From Podarcis pityusensis (Eukaryota): 64,000 bases of DNA. Shown piece by piece: positions 1-13,100 of this stretch. Numbering within the stretch: the stretch's first letter is position 1; each line of letters begins with the position of its first letter. The position numbers were made by a program, and so were the translations under genes. The notes under the pieces were generated by a model, which was not told the DNA's origin, ran no database searches, and worked only from the letters and a program-made list of their open reading frames with translations. The DNA lies in NCBI GenBank assembly GCA_964106645.2, contig OZ067044.1; one strand, 5' to 3'.

Positions 1-188
1 TTCAGTGAATATCGACTGTGTAAGGAATGTATCTGGGATGTGGGACAGCTTGTATAGATAGATACCAGCATTAGGGCTGTCTCTCATGAAGCAGATACCA
101 CTTGACATATGCTGATGAAAATTCAATTAAGTGATTATCCTGCATTTTGGGGCTTATCCTGTTGGAATAGGGTGTGTGCTCTTTGCAT

Positions 189-246
189 GGCCACCGGACT
201 CCCCTGGTTTTGCTGCAACAGACTAACATGGCTACGCCTCTGGAAA
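189..246 (+). mobile_element. Penelope-like element terminal fragment
   Basis: GGCCACCGGACTCC...TTTTGCTGCAACAGACTAACATGGCTAC..CTCTGGAA resembles the reptile Penelope end motif (..ACAGACTAACACGGCTAC..CTCTGAAA) as I recall it. Confidence 0.55.
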
Positions 247-2302
247 TAGTTTGTGAAAGGTTCTCTGGAGTAATGGATGAACTGTATTTGATACTGTATT
301 TGATGTGCATTTCAAATGGAACTGTGTAGGGTTGAGTGGGGTTTTTTTGGGGGGGGGTGAGGGGTGTCCTGGGATTTTCCTAAAGTGAGTTCCAATAAGG
401 CAGGGGACAGAGGATGGATGCTGGCACTTCGGTCAGCGAAACTCGTCTTCTTCCTAGTGCAAAGGGCAAGCAGGAGTAAATCTCTGGGACAGATGGTGCA
501 GCTCATTGTCTCTTAATGGCATTTGTGGCTGGAGCATATCGTCGAGAACGGGCAAGGGACTCTGGGGAAAGGGGTATTTGTGTAGCGGGCTGTGTGAGTG
601 GGCTGGCTTTCAGCAGTGGGTGATATCCGGTTTAAATCCTGCAGGGGTTGAGTGATCTGGGTACAGGGAGGCAGCTGCAGTAGCTGCAGCAGCAGTCACT
701 GTCCATGGTGCAGAGCTCAGATTACTCTCTGGCTGTGAACTGAATCCCTGCTTCTGAAACGTAGTAAACACAGACTTGGCATGTTGCAAAGCTCCCTTCC
801 CTTGCCCTTTATTTCAAATTACTGCTTTTTTTTTTGCTTTCTCCTGTGCAGCCAATACTCTCTTTCTGTAGCTCTGATGGCTGCATCAGGCAGTTGAGGT
901 GCTGAAACATTGATCCTAAACAGCTGGGGGGATTTTTCACTGGTTTAATAGGAGGTTAGTTTGCCCTGATGGGAAAGTGTCAATGTTGCACCTTCTGTGT
1001 CTTTCCTTCAAACTCTGCCTCCCTTTTGGGGAGGATTGTTTTAACTTTTTAGCTAGGTTTATTGTTTTCAGGGTTTGTTTATAGCCGGAGTCTGGGTTGC
1101 TTTTTTACAAATTTTTAAGGTAGAGTCCACTCCCCCCTCCCCATGACACAATTTCTTTGTCAGGCTCATTCTCTCTTTTTAGGATGCCTCCATTTTTTTT
1201 TTTTATCTCCAGATGTTATTTGGTAAACTTTAAAACTTGAGTTCTCTGCTAAACTCTTATTTCACCGTGTGGTTTCCCCCCTATAAGTACTGTTTTTAAA
1301 TTAAAGCGATCTATGAATTATGGACAGGAACTGTCTTTATTGCTTTTGTGTATCAGAGAGTTCCAGTGGCATGTCATGGTTGGAAAATCCAATTTCCTCC
1401 TTGTTTGGGTACACATTAAATCAGGTTAGGACTCTCTTTTTAACAGGCTGTAACAACACTGAAAGTTAGGTATGAAATCAGTTTTCTAAACCTGTGTCTG
1501 GAAAGTGGCCTTTGATTTTTAACTATTGCTTGGCTTTTTTTTGCTTTCTCTTGCAAGTCAGAAATTATTTAAAACTTTTACATTGCGTACATTGCTAGTG
1601 CAAGAGAATTTCAGTTATAAGAAAATAATATTGTTTCAGGACCTATACCTTGGCTATGTTTTATTTAAATTGTTTTATATTGCTTTCAGCCTTTGTCAGA
1701 TATTTCCTTGAGGTTTTTTTTTATGAATTCATCACTCATCATTTGCACAGCAGAGCAAACAGCTTGTTCAGTATAGGTTCAGTCAATGTTTGGAATAATG
1801 CAGCATTTAGGAACATACTGGTAACTGATGATTAAACACTCACTTCATTGATGATTTACTTTAGGTAAAATCTTTGGTTGTTACGCAAAAGCTTGGCACT
1901 CTGAAGGAAAAGGGGAAAGTTTGAAAGGTGTGGGTGTGTGCGTGTGTGTGACACAAACACGCATACTTTAACATCAGAAACCATAAGCGCTTCTGAATTG
2001 GGAAAAGAGGAAGTCTGTGTGGGAAAACTGGAGGCAAAACATCACAAAGGACTTCGAATGACCTCCAGAGGCAATAGTTCTTAGGAAAAGCTTCAGTTAA
2101 ATTTTCAATCCTAATTATTAATTCTAGTTTCTTTCATTGTATGGTTTCTGAGTATGGCTAAGATACTGGTCTGAATAGTTAATATGAGTATTGAAAATTG
2201 ATTATGGGAAATGGATTTTAGTTGTGCTAAAACTGACTAGTAGCAAAGCAGATGCACATTCAGGTCCCAGTGATTGGCACCAAAACTTACGCGGTTCTCC
2301 TT

Positions 2303-2353
2303 TATTATTAATTAATTAATTGTTAATTAATTAATTATTAATTATTATTAATT
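2303..2353. repeat. AT-rich (ATTA/TTA)n low-complexity repeat
   Basis: ttattattaattaattaattgttaattaattaattattaattattattaattt. Confidence 0.85.
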
Positions 2354-4462
2354 TATGAGTGCTACTACCATTTTTGTTGCCTTTACCCCAGTTTTTGAAG
2401 TTGTGTGCAGATTCGTTATCTTTCCAGCTTCTTAAATAGGGCTATGGAGGTCTAGGGGCCAAACTAGACATTTATAAGAGACATGGAGAAGCACTCTGTA
2501 GCTTTTTCCTTTTAATGTAATATTAACATGGTGTGACATGGCATTATCATGTGGTGCATCTTCCTGTCTCTGCCAGCCAATGATGTGAAGCTAGGGTGGG
2601 GAGGTGCATGGTGCAATGGCATCCCATCCCATGTTTTTTGGGATACGGAACTACATAGGTAGGTTAGTCATAATTAATAAGAATAAGTGGCAAAGCACTT
2701 CAGTAGGTTAATATAAAGAATCTTGAGTCTACTTATGATTCTTCTGCCTCTACAAATCATGTTTTCTCAGTGGAAACTTCTAGACTATGATGCTATATCC
2801 CAGATATCTGGAATTCCTTTTGAAATGTGGGTTTTTTTATATTAAATTAGAATTTGTCAATATTTTAGCTTTCTTTCCCAGGGTTATGTTTCACATTTTT
2901 GCAAAACATTGCAGAAGTTTATTATGAGTAATTTTAATTTCTGATTACTGGAAAATAATCAGTATTTTGAAATTCTAGTTTCTTTTGTATCAATATCAGT
3001 GACGTCATTCAAATCTGTGACAAACCCAAAAAGTACAATTTTTATTGATATTTCTTTTATTATTATAAATATTTCTAGACTGCTTAAACATTAAAAAAAT
3101 CTCAAAGCGGTATACAAAATAATAAAAGGCATGCAATGCCACCAACCAAAATAAAACAGTATAAAATACAGTTCAAACTTCAAATACCTTTTCTTCTATC
3201 GATGATCTCACCATCATTTTCTGGGGAAATACTGAACTGTTGTTTTGACAGATGGGTGGAAGAAGCCATTCTTTTTAAGGAAATGTTTTATATACATATT
3301 AACCTAGCAGATGCATTTCAAATATGTTTCTGAAACAAGACAGAAACTGACTTTGGGAGCAATACAATTATTTGACAAAATGCACATTGCATACCTGTTT
3401 TATCTGGTTTAAAGTCAAGATGATGTGCCTTTAAATGTTGAATACATTAACATTTTAGGAGACATTTTCATTATACTAAATATCAGCGTTTCAAATAAAT
3501 CTTTAAGGCACATTTATAGTAAGATATTTTCAATCTATTGACATTATTTTAAAAGTCTTCTCCCCATTCCATTTCACATTCTGATTCGCTATCATGCAAG
3601 ACTCAGTAATTCCTATTAAGTTTTAGGTGGCAGCAGAATGATAATTTGAACCACAGTGTTTGTTTTTCAGAATGTCTTGCTGAAGCATCAACTGGGAGGA
3701 TTTATTTATCTTGTTCTCCGATTTGTTTGGAAATATTTACCACACTTTTTAAAAAGAACTTCATCCTTGAAACAGTTTTTAGTTAAAACCAACCCTGCCT
3801 GAAAATAAAATAATAAAAAATAAAGTACAACTAAACAATAAAGCAGTATAAAAACTGTATAGAAGTAGAAGATAAAATATACAGATTTCCTTTTCTCCGC
3901 TAAGATGAACTTATTGCATCCTGTGAGCAAATACTTTTATCCAAGTTTGTATAAGCAGTTTTTCCCCTGTTGCTGCCTCCAGTGTACGAGTCAATATCTA
4001 CTCAGCTTTTTTTTCCAGCTGGTGAGTTGGAACCCATTATTGGGCATGTTCAGCTACCCTGTGAGTAGAATAGGAAACTCCCAGTAACGTCAGCAGAAGC
4101 CAAGTCTTGTGGAATAAGATGGCTAGAGAAAGAAGCTCAAACTCACCCAACAATCTAATAATAGAAAGGGTAAAAACATTCAGATTCTTTTTACTACAGA
4201 CGCCAATTGTGTAGACTATAAAATTGAGAAAAGCTATTTTTATTAAGTGATGGTGACCACCCAGAGTGACTCATGCCTGGTTCTTTCCTTGACTTGTGCG
4301 TTCTCTCTCTCTCCAATTCCTTATTTAAGAAAGTGAATTGCTCATATCTATGCAGCATCTGCTTTTAAGTTCCTTAAAATTTAAAATAGATGAACATTTC
4401 TGAACTTCCCCTTTTTTCCTTTTTGATAATATAAAAGGGGTTATCTAAACAACCAGAAGTTT

Positions 4463-4662
4463 GGAGAAGGGTTGTAGCTCAGAGGTAGAACATCTTGAGT
4501 TTCATGCAGAAGATACCTGGTTCAATCCCTAGTGTCTCTAGGTAGGGCTGTGAAAAACCCCTACCTCAAACCCTGGAGAGAGTCTCTCCGCTGCCAGTCA
4601 ATGTAACAGTACTGAGATAGGTAGACCAGTAGTCTGACTTGGTAAAAACCAGCTTCCTGTGT
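4463..4662 (+). mobile_element. tRNA-derived SINE (Squam3-like)
   Basis: A-box TAGCTCAGAGG, B-box GGTTCAATCCC, body CCCTGGAGAG..GCTGCCAGTCA, LINE-type tail GACCAGTAGTCTGACT..AGCTTCCTGTGT. Confidence 0.8.
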
Positions 4663-4699
4663 CTCCCAGAAGCCTTGTGACTCTTCAAAGACTTAACAA

Positions 4700-4784
4700 T
4701 GCATTTCTAACCATGTATACTCAGAAGTAAATCCTATTAAATTCAGCTGGGCTTAATCCCAGATACGTGGGGCTAGGATTGCAG
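4700..4784. mobile_element. ~85-bp palindromic MITE-like repeat (GCAATCCTA...TAGGATTGC family)
   Basis: Imperfect inverted structure; related copies at 20553-20637, ~41950-42030 and 58441-58650. Confidence 0.6.
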
Positions 4785-5001
4785 ACGATAACGCTTATTT
4801 TTATTTTAAGATTTCAAGAACTAGTTCCCACTTTATCAGGTACACAGAACATTATCTCTTTTTGCCCGTATGGATATATCTATAATTTGGTCAGTAAATG
4901 CAAGAGGTACAGTATAACATTCCTATGCAAAGCTCAAATGGATGCAAGATCAGTACAATGGTTATGCTGCTTTAACAATGGTTGTGGGATAGAAATTCCT
5001 G

Positions 5002-5108
5002 GGGTTGTATTCAGCTAGGTTTTACTAAGAGCAGACCCACTGAAAATGTTGGACCTATGTTAGTCATGTTCATTAATTTTAGTGGGCCTATGCTGACTAA
5101 AACTTAGA
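5002..5108. mobile_element. Palindromic MITE-like repeat (GGGTTGTAT...ATACAACCC family)
   Basis: AGACCCACTGAAA..TTTTAGTGGGCCT inverted arms; related copies at 8844-8960 and ~18860-18935. Confidence 0.5.
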
Positions 5109-5117
5109 GAATAAATA

Positions 5118-5635
5118 AGAGAATCATAGAATTATAGAGTTGGAAGGGATCCCAAGGGTCATTATCCATAATTCTGTATACTTCTATCATATTTTACTCA
5201 CCTTTTTTCATAAACTAAAAGTGCCCAAATGTTGTAACCCTTCCTTATAGGGGAGTTGCTACTGTCCCTTGATCATTTTGGCTGTGTTTTTCTACATCTT
5301 TTCAGCTCTACAATATTATTTTGAGGTGCGGTGAACAGAACTGTACACAATATTCCAAGTGTGGCTACACCACAGATTTGTGTAATGGTGCTGTGATATC
5401 AGCAGTTTCCTAATGATCTATAACATGACTCCGCCTTTTTCACAACCTCTGCACACAGAGTCATCATTTTCAGCAAGCTATCCACTATGGTCCCAAGCTC
5501 TCTTCCCTGGTCAGTTCATGCCCCATTAGTATATATTCAAAGTTATGATTTTTTTGGCTTTCACTTTACATGTACTTGCACTGAACAATTATTTGCCATT
5601 ATAATGCCCATTCACTCAGTTTGGAGAGATTTGTC
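5118..5635 (-). mobile_element. CR1 LINE 3' fragment (internally deleted)
   Basis: Reverse CR1 tail AGAATCATAGAAT..GAGTTGGAAGGGA..., then reverse ORF2 motif CAGAACTGTACACAATATTCCAAGTGTGG (=PHLEYCVQF). Confidence 0.85.
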
Positions 5636-5839
5636 CTTTCTTCCTTTTTATTTGTAGTAACCATTCTCAGTGTTAGACAATGATTAATACAAATGGAAAG
5701 GAAGAAAGAATTTCCAGTGTGATATTTCATCACCGGCCAACAATGTCCTAACACACCTTGGAACCGTTTGGGTCCAAACTATTTATTGAGCACCTGCAGA
5801 CATACTATCTGACCACACTTTAAGCTGTAGTAGGCAGTG

Positions 5840-6078
5840 TGGTGGAATGGCAGTGCTCACCTGACCTCTGGTTGGTCACATTACTACTGCTTACCAGGAG
5901 GTAGAGCTGGAGGGGCAGGGCATCAGTGAGGTCGGTGCTGTGCAAATGCACCAGTGGAACCAGTCAGGTGCTCCTGTCAGTGCATTTGCACCTCGCAACT
6001 GCCTTGGGCCCTTTCCCTCTGTTTTCTGCAACAAGTAGCAGCACAACCAACCATGGACAGTTGAGTACCACCACCCCG
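5840..6078. mobile_element. Palindromic MITE within a degraded L2 3' fragment (~5720-6300)
   Basis: Outer arms GTGCTCACCTGACCTCTGGTTGG / CCAACCATGGACAGTTGAGTAC; inner arms GTGCAAATGCAC / GTGCATTTGCAC; flanks resemble an L2 3' end. Confidence 0.55.
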
Positions 6079-7849
6079 TCATGCAATCTGCTGCTGACTT
6101 TGATCTGCTTTGGAGACTCTTCTAATGTGTCTTCTCTCCCCACAGCTGGTATGGTGGGTGACCACAAGGAAACAAATCCTTCTCTGCGGTAGCCTGATGG
6201 CTATGGAATTCCCTTCCATTGGACCTGTATCAAATTTTTACATTGCAGAATTTTTGGAAGGCCCTGAAACTTGTCTTTTTCATTTGGCCTTCTAGGCATG
6301 ATGCTTATTAGCTGTGTGATGGTCTAGTGGAATTAGGGTTGGGTGTCATTTTGCTCTGTTGGAAAAAAAAAAGTGTAGTATTGAGTTGTAGTTCAAAATT
6401 TCAAAATTTTGTATTACTATTCTTTTCATAATTCCATTGCATTGCACTGAACTGAACTGGATTGTATTGTAAGCTACAGGGACATTTGCCCAGAAAAGCA
6501 GCCTAAAAATAATTTAGATTAATTAATTTAATTAAACAAGGGGCTAAACAATAAAGGTTTACTCCTGAGTCCTGTATTTGGCACATTGCCTATCCCCCCC
6601 CCCCCCGCTTCAGTCATTCAGTGTTAATGATACCCTAACAAAATGTAATAGGAAACAAAAGGTTTTCTAGGCCTTTCAGGCTATAGTTAAAACAAAGAAA
6701 AGAAAAGAAAAGTAGCTGAAAATGCTTTATGAAATTTTGGCCCATGTGAAATCTTGTTATTTTGCCTTAATGCATACCTAGAGATAAAGGGTTGTGGCCT
6801 AAGCTACAATACAACTTGCAATATCATTTATGTTTGAACCAAATTATTGCTGTACTGTCCCAGTGTGAAACACAGCTATATATCTTATGTTCTGCTAGGG
6901 AACAGAAACAGTAGTGAGTTAACTATGGTTTTTAAAATTTCCTTTTGTTTTTTACTTTGTAAGTATTCTGTGAACTGAATTTTGTTTTTGTTTTTTAAAT
7001 AGACTTGAAAAGTCTCCCCCATGAGGATACATTAACCTTTTCTGTGTAACCTTTCAGGAATATGTTTTGTCATTAGCATGTTTTTGTCCTTTCCCCCTAA
7101 AACTTAGATGAAGAAACTAGTTCTGTTTGGTAGCATACCAAGGTTTAAGCCTTGGAAATTACTACTTACGGATACAGTTAATTCCAGTGGGCTTTTATAA
7201 CCATAACTCTTAAGCATGCACAACTGCCTTTGCAAACCTGGGCTCTGAAAATGCTGTTGTCAAATGAAATAAACCAAAGAGTAGACATACCACTTCATCC
7301 TTGCAAAGCTGACCAATCAATTTAACTGTAAGTGTTTCTCTTCTACCGTTGTAAAATCAGTTCATCTCTTTGTCTAAGGGATGTGTTTTGACAAACTTCA
7401 CAGTTTAAAATTGGTTGCCCTACCCACAACACATTTGCGCTGATGGGCGCCTCCACTGACTTCCAAGAGCTTTGAAGCATTAAGGAACACAAGAGCTTCA
7501 TTTAATTTAGTTAAGAGAACTCAATATTTAAAATTGCTGTAGTGTGCAAGGACTTCAAAACTGGGGTCAGAGTTTCAGTGCACACTAAGGAAATGCATCA
7601 TACAGACCTGTGGCTCAACAGAGGTTAGTTTTCTTAATTTTAGGAGAGATGACAGTTCCCACACTTCCATTGGCATTTATTATTATAAAGGTTACTACTC
7701 GCAGTGTTGTTCAAGCTAGGCTATTTATATCACTAAAAAAACAACTTGAAGGGAAAATCACATAGGGAAATATGAGACAAGTAAAAGGTTTAATACAGAG
7801 AAAGGACCTCCCATCCTTTTATACAGTGTATGTAGGCAACCCAGCAGTG

Positions 7850-8600
7850 TGACAGTGGATGTGCTGGACCGTTACCTTCCTCAATAATGGAGTAGATGAG
7901 AGCCAATGAACTGAAACCCAATCGAGATAAGACTGAAGCACTGTTAGTGCGTGGTTCCTTAGACTGGATGGATGGGATACTGCCTGCTCTTGATGGGGTT
8001 ACACTCCCTCTGAAGGAACGGATATGCAGCTTGGGGCTCCTCTGGGTCCATTCCTGTCACTTAAGCCTCAGGTGGCCTCAGTGGTGCCTTCTATCACCTT
8101 CAGCTGGTGGCCCAGCTGTCCCCCTGCATGGACAGGGATAGCCTAACTTCAGCCATCTGTGCTCTGGTAACCTCTAGGTTAGATTACTGCAGCATGTTAC
8201 ATGTGGGTCTGCCTCTGAAGACGTTTCGGAAACTTCAGCTGGTGCAGAATTCATCAGCCAGGTTACTTGCCTGGGCAAGACTGTTTGAGCATATAATGCC
8301 AATCCTGGGCCAACTCTAGTTTCTGGGCCCAGTTCAGAGTGCTGGTTTTGACCTAGAAAACCTGAAACAGCTCAGGACCGCAATACTTCAAGGACCGCCT
8401 TTCCCCAGATGAACTGACCCAAATCCTGCGATCATCACCTGAGGCCCATGCTTGTGTGCAGCTACATGAGAATGGGCCTTTTTTGTGATGGCTCCCAATT
8501 TGTGAAATGCTCTCCCCAAGGAGGTTTGTCTGGCGTCTTCGTTATACATCTTTAGGTACCAGGCAAAAACACTTCTCTTCTTCGGCTAATTAAACAAACT
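7850..8600 (+). mobile_element. L2 (CR1/L2 clade) LINE ORF2 C-terminal remnant, frameshifted
   Basis: ORFs 7896-8141 (MRANELKPNRDKTEALLV) and 8107-8319 (ALVTSRLDYCSMLHVGLPLKTFRKLQLVQNSSARLL) match hallmark L2 ORF2 motifs. Confidence 0.9.
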
Positions 8601-8773
8601 TACGGCCTTTTAAACTGGTGTGTGTGTTGTTTTTGTTTGTTGTTATGGTCTGCATTTTCTCAAAATAAGTGAGGAGAAACACACATTTGCAGGTGGAAAG
8701 ATAATCAGAAGGTCAACTAGAAACCTCCCTGACTTGTGAGTTTTCCATGTGTAGGATGATGTTGTGTTCTGTT

Positions 8774-8843
8774 CATAGCTGTCAACGTTTCCCTTATTCC
8801 GAATAGGATTCCTCGCAAGAAAAGGGAAAAGTTGACAGCTATG
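8774..8843. mobile_element. 70-bp hAT-type mini-MITE
   Basis: Perfect 13-bp TIR CATAGCTGTCAAC/GTTGACAGCTATG; 8-bp TSD GTTCTGTT/GTTCTATT (1 mismatch). Confidence 0.85.
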
Positions 8844-9107
8844 GTTCTATTCAATTTTGGTACTATTCAGAGTAAACCCATGTAAATTAATGGACATGAC
8901 TGATTTGGGTCCATTAACTTATTTGGGTCTACACTGTATAACTTTCTTGGATACAACCCTTTGTGGCTCTAGGTCACATTTCCCTGTGTGCATTGTGAAA
9001 TGTTACAGTCCTATTCAAACTTTAAGGGTAGATGTGATATTTCCCCCCTCCTATCCCCGTAGAGGTGTTCAGAAGAATGTGTGAGGCCTCAAAGATGGCA
9101 AGAGTTT

Positions 9108-9527
9108 GAGATGGAAAAATATCTGTTTCAGCTCACTTAAGTTTCTCCTTCCAATCTTACATTTTGTTTTCCACATTTATGCAGTCAGTAACTTGATTTT
9201 AAAAAAAAAACTTTAGCATACATTTCTCCTAATAAAAACAATTTTGTATGCAGTTTTGATTAATACACACATTTTTGGAACACTATTCCCTAATATTAGG
9301 CATTTTTGTATGTAATGTTCACTAGCATATGTATGTCTTTTTAGGCACGTTTCCCCCGAAATATGCATTTTGGTACATGTTGTTTGGGGGGAAACTGCAT
9401 CACAAAATCCAGACAACTGAATTTTGAAGGAAACTGTATTTTAATGCACATATTGGTGTGAGAAGTGTGAATTAAGTAGGGTTTGTTTTTTTGTTGAAAT
9501 AAAAACAAAACCAAATTTCCATCCCTA
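9108..9527. mobile_element. Non-autonomous DNA transposon (TAGGGATGG...CCATCCCTA ends)
   Basis: Right end TTTCCATCCCTA, internal GCATTTTTGTA-type repeats; homologous 5' part at 38250-38345. Confidence 0.55.
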
Positions 9528-9955
9528 GTAGGGTGTGAGCACATGCTGGCGCTGCCCCATTGATATAGGCCCTGCCTTTTCCTCTCCCAACCTTCGTACA
9601 TTGAGCAGAAAGGACTGCAGAGAGATTTAAACTGTGATCAGTCAAATGTGGTTAGAATCCTCATTTCAGTCTTGAACACAATTCTGTGGAGAGGTTACAA
9701 CCAAGTTCAGCAGACTGTGGTTAGAATCTCCCTTCAGACTTTCCTGCTCAAGGGTGCCCTGAGAAGTGGGGGCAGATCACCTTGCATGCACCTGTGCCTT
9801 AAGTTTAAGTTTCAATACTCCCTCTTTTTTCATCTCTGCTTAGTTGTTTGCTGATACATCATATAAAAACATGTGATTACAGATTGGCCAGTATGCTCTC
9901 CACATCAGGGCTGTTCAGTGGAAGCTAGTGAAACAGTGATTTAGGCTATTAAGAT

Positions 9956-10141
9956 CAGGGATTGTCAGCCTGGTCCCTACCGCCCACTAGTGGGTGTTTC
10001 AGGATTATGGGTGGGTGGTAGGGGGTTCTATGGCACAAGCTAAATCCTCCTTCCATCGAGCACTGGTGGGCGGTAAGGAAATTTTACCATCCAGAAAGAT
10101 GCATTAGTGGGCGGTAGGTATAAAAAGGTTGACTACCTGTG
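9956..10141. mobile_element. hAT-type MITE
   Basis: Ends CAGGGATTGTCAGCCT / AGGTTGACTACCTGTG, repeated (T)ACCGCCCAC/GTGGGCGGTA subterminal motifs. Confidence 0.7.
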
Positions 10142-13100
10142 GTCTGGATAGTATTTTTACACCAATATTACAAGTGATGGGGCATGGTAGTTGTAATGGG
10201 CTTTTAATGTAATACCGAGGCTGTACAATTCTCTTGAAAATTATACCTTCAAACATTTCCCCCTTTTCTAGTTTTTTTCGTTTTTGTTTTTGTTTTTTGC
10301 CGATGACCCTGAACATCCCTGGAAGATGTAATGATTTATGAGAAGAGATTAGCTGTACTTGCAGGAAAAAGACCTCCTGCTCATTTTACAGTCTCATACT
10401 CTGGAGAGACAAATGAAGCTTCTAATGTTGAACAGAAATCAGAACTGGGAACAGTTTTGTTTATCTTCCAATCAGATTATGATCAGAAGGTTGAAGGTAG
10501 CAGTGCTGCAAATAATATATTGGGGAGAGGTACTATCTCCTTCCTCAATCCTGTTTTATGTTTTCCCCTCCTTCATTACCTTCTCCGGCAGTGTAGCTGT
10601 TACAGCTCTTCCACATCTTTTGTCCTAAATTGGGGTAGGGTGGATGCCACCTTAGTGTTATTACTTGTAAATACCTGATACCAAAGGAGTGAGTCTTTTT
10701 TTGCATTTGGCCTTAAAGCTGGAAGGCTCATAGGGATCTAGTGATGTACTTGACTATCCCAGTCTATGTTCTCTGTTTCCCTTTCTCTCTTGCAGAAGAC
10801 TACAAATGCAGCCACAAGACCTATCTTTTCCCTATACGAATCTCTCTTTTAGACAAGAAGGTGAAGAGAATAATTAATGTTATTGTCTGCTTAATGATAT
10901 TGTCTGTTTCACCTGTTCAGGAATGCTTGGAACTCTAAGGGTGCTGTTGCTTCGGCAATGAATCATTCCAGAATGAGAGCTTATATGGGAGTTGGAGGCT
11001 CCCTTTCCTGGTTCAACCAGGCCTTGATCTGGTTGGCTGGTTATACACACATCCTTCTTTCTCTGAGTAACCTCACATTAAGCTGGCTGGGTGCTTCACT
11101 CACAGCCCTGAAACTCCTACTGGGCTTGCCATTTGCTCTCCTAGGGAGATGACGGGGTCCAAGGGCAGGAAGCTATGCAATTGGTGTGTAGTTCTCTGAT
11201 CTTGGAGTAGGGAAGATGGCTCATCAGGATTTCTGGTTGCTTGGAGATCTGCTAGGGGTGGGGTCCTGTTCCCCTTACTATTCTTCCTAGGAGACTGCAG
11301 ATTTGAGGGCTGGGGAGGGCTAAGCCTTGCCATTTACCCAGTCAGGGAAATAATATAGCATTTAATTATTATTTTTCAGCATTTACATATTGCCCAATTA
11401 ACCATGTTCTCTGAGTGGTCAACAAATTTAAAAGCTGTGAAATACAATTAGAAGCAAAATGAAAACCAATCTGTATCTATGCTCCCTGCCTTAGTGGTGT
11501 GGCTGCTTATGACTGTCACAATCAAACAGATGAGTTACTAATTACAAGCGAACAATAATTATTTTTTAAAATTTAAAAATATTGTCACTTTAGATGCGAT
11601 TATTTTCAGCCTAAGGAAGCTCGTCTATTGGGCCAAGCACTGACATATTTTGAAACAATCCAATCTGTTTTAGTGAGATAACACACTGTAATGTAGATAG
11701 AATAAGTATTTTAACTGAGGAATCAGTTATTTGCATCCAGCTGAGTGACCACTGAGATTTTTTCCTCAACTGGAATGTCGCTCTGCCCCCTGCCTAGTTG
11801 GATTGATCTACAGTGATGGGCTAGCAGTTTTCTAATATTTAAAAAGTAATTAGTAGACTGTTGGCACAAGGTTGATAAAAATGATGATTTAAAAAGTTCA
11901 GTTGTAAATCAATATTATAGTTAGGTTTTCAACCTTGATGCTAATCTAGCAGAGATTCAGAATACTGTATGTGTTTTGCTTTTCTCATTGTTTTGAGTGA
12001 AAGTTGAAATGTTTTTTAAGCCAAGCAAAATTGCATTTTAGTGACATGTGATATGTTTTGTCTAGCTGCAATTTAATTACCATCTACTTAAGAGTTTATT
12101 TCTGTTGATTTCAGTAAAAACCAATTGAGTGACATATTTCCTGCAGGTGGTTTGTAGGCCAGCTTGTTTCAGTTCTTTTCCCGTAATAGTATTTCACCAA
12201 CTAAAAGACCTGCCTATCCTGTGCATTTGAGTAGTTACCTGTTTAAAGTTGCTTAAACTTTTCCAGAACTGATGCCTGCTTGAGCAATCCCAAATGTCCC
12301 AGGAACAGTAGATGATGGGCCGCTGCATCCAGCAGATCTCTCTCACCACAGTTCGAGAGGGAGGTCCACAGTGCAAGTTTTCCTAGTAAAACTATGGAAA
12401 GGTTAGCCATTGCAGGTTACTCTCCATATGTACTCAGAGCTCTGTAGAGGCATGGACATGGTGTGTCAAGACAGAGGGACCATGGATCTGCAGCAATCTA
12501 AGCCTACTCAATCCCTTGGCATACCTTCAGAGAGACCCCCGGATATATGCCGGTCATTAAGCTACTATATTTAATTCTCTTACATTGCTGTCAATTTTTG
12601 ATAGCAGTATTTTTGCTTCAATTACTTTTGTAAGAACAGAGACAATAGATATTAGCAGTATTTTCTGTGGCTCATAAAGGTGGCATTTAGGGTATTTTTC
12701 ATGGTCTAGTACTTGTGCAGTAGCGCTGATGTTGCCCTTCCACTTTCAGCAGGGCTCTGTAGAGTCTATTCAGATCTGCATTTCAGAGGCCATTCACATC
12801 ACATTTATGTGGGCCTCACTTTAAGCTATTTCATTAGTCCCGCCAATAGACAAAAAAATGTGGTATTTTATTCTTTTCATGGACATTTCCATGACTATAG
12901 GAAATATAACATATGACCAGCCAGGCCCGTTGAGCAGAATTATGATGGATTTTTGCCTAGGTTCTTATACCAGTGCTTCCCACTAGTGATTATTAGAGAA
13001 CTCTAGGCTCTGGTGAGGTGAGTTTTTGCTGCTTTTAAATCTCAGGCCCCTTTGCAAGTCACAGTTGCTGTGTACAGCCCATTTAAATTGCTTCACAGGG

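Noticed and set aside
410-450. Hammerhead-like 3' half: GCUG..CUUCGG..CAGC-GAAAC-UC-GUC
   Set aside because: The required CUGANGA core is absent upstream (GGAUGGAU instead).
1-900. GC-richer start as a promoter or first exon
   Set aside because: CpG density is modest and no TSS or exon could be defined; it may be the shoulder of an upstream island.
10796-10860. Possible plus-strand exon after a strong pyrimidine tract and CAG
   Set aside because: Weak donor (GTGAAG), 65-nt length and no recognisable peptide.
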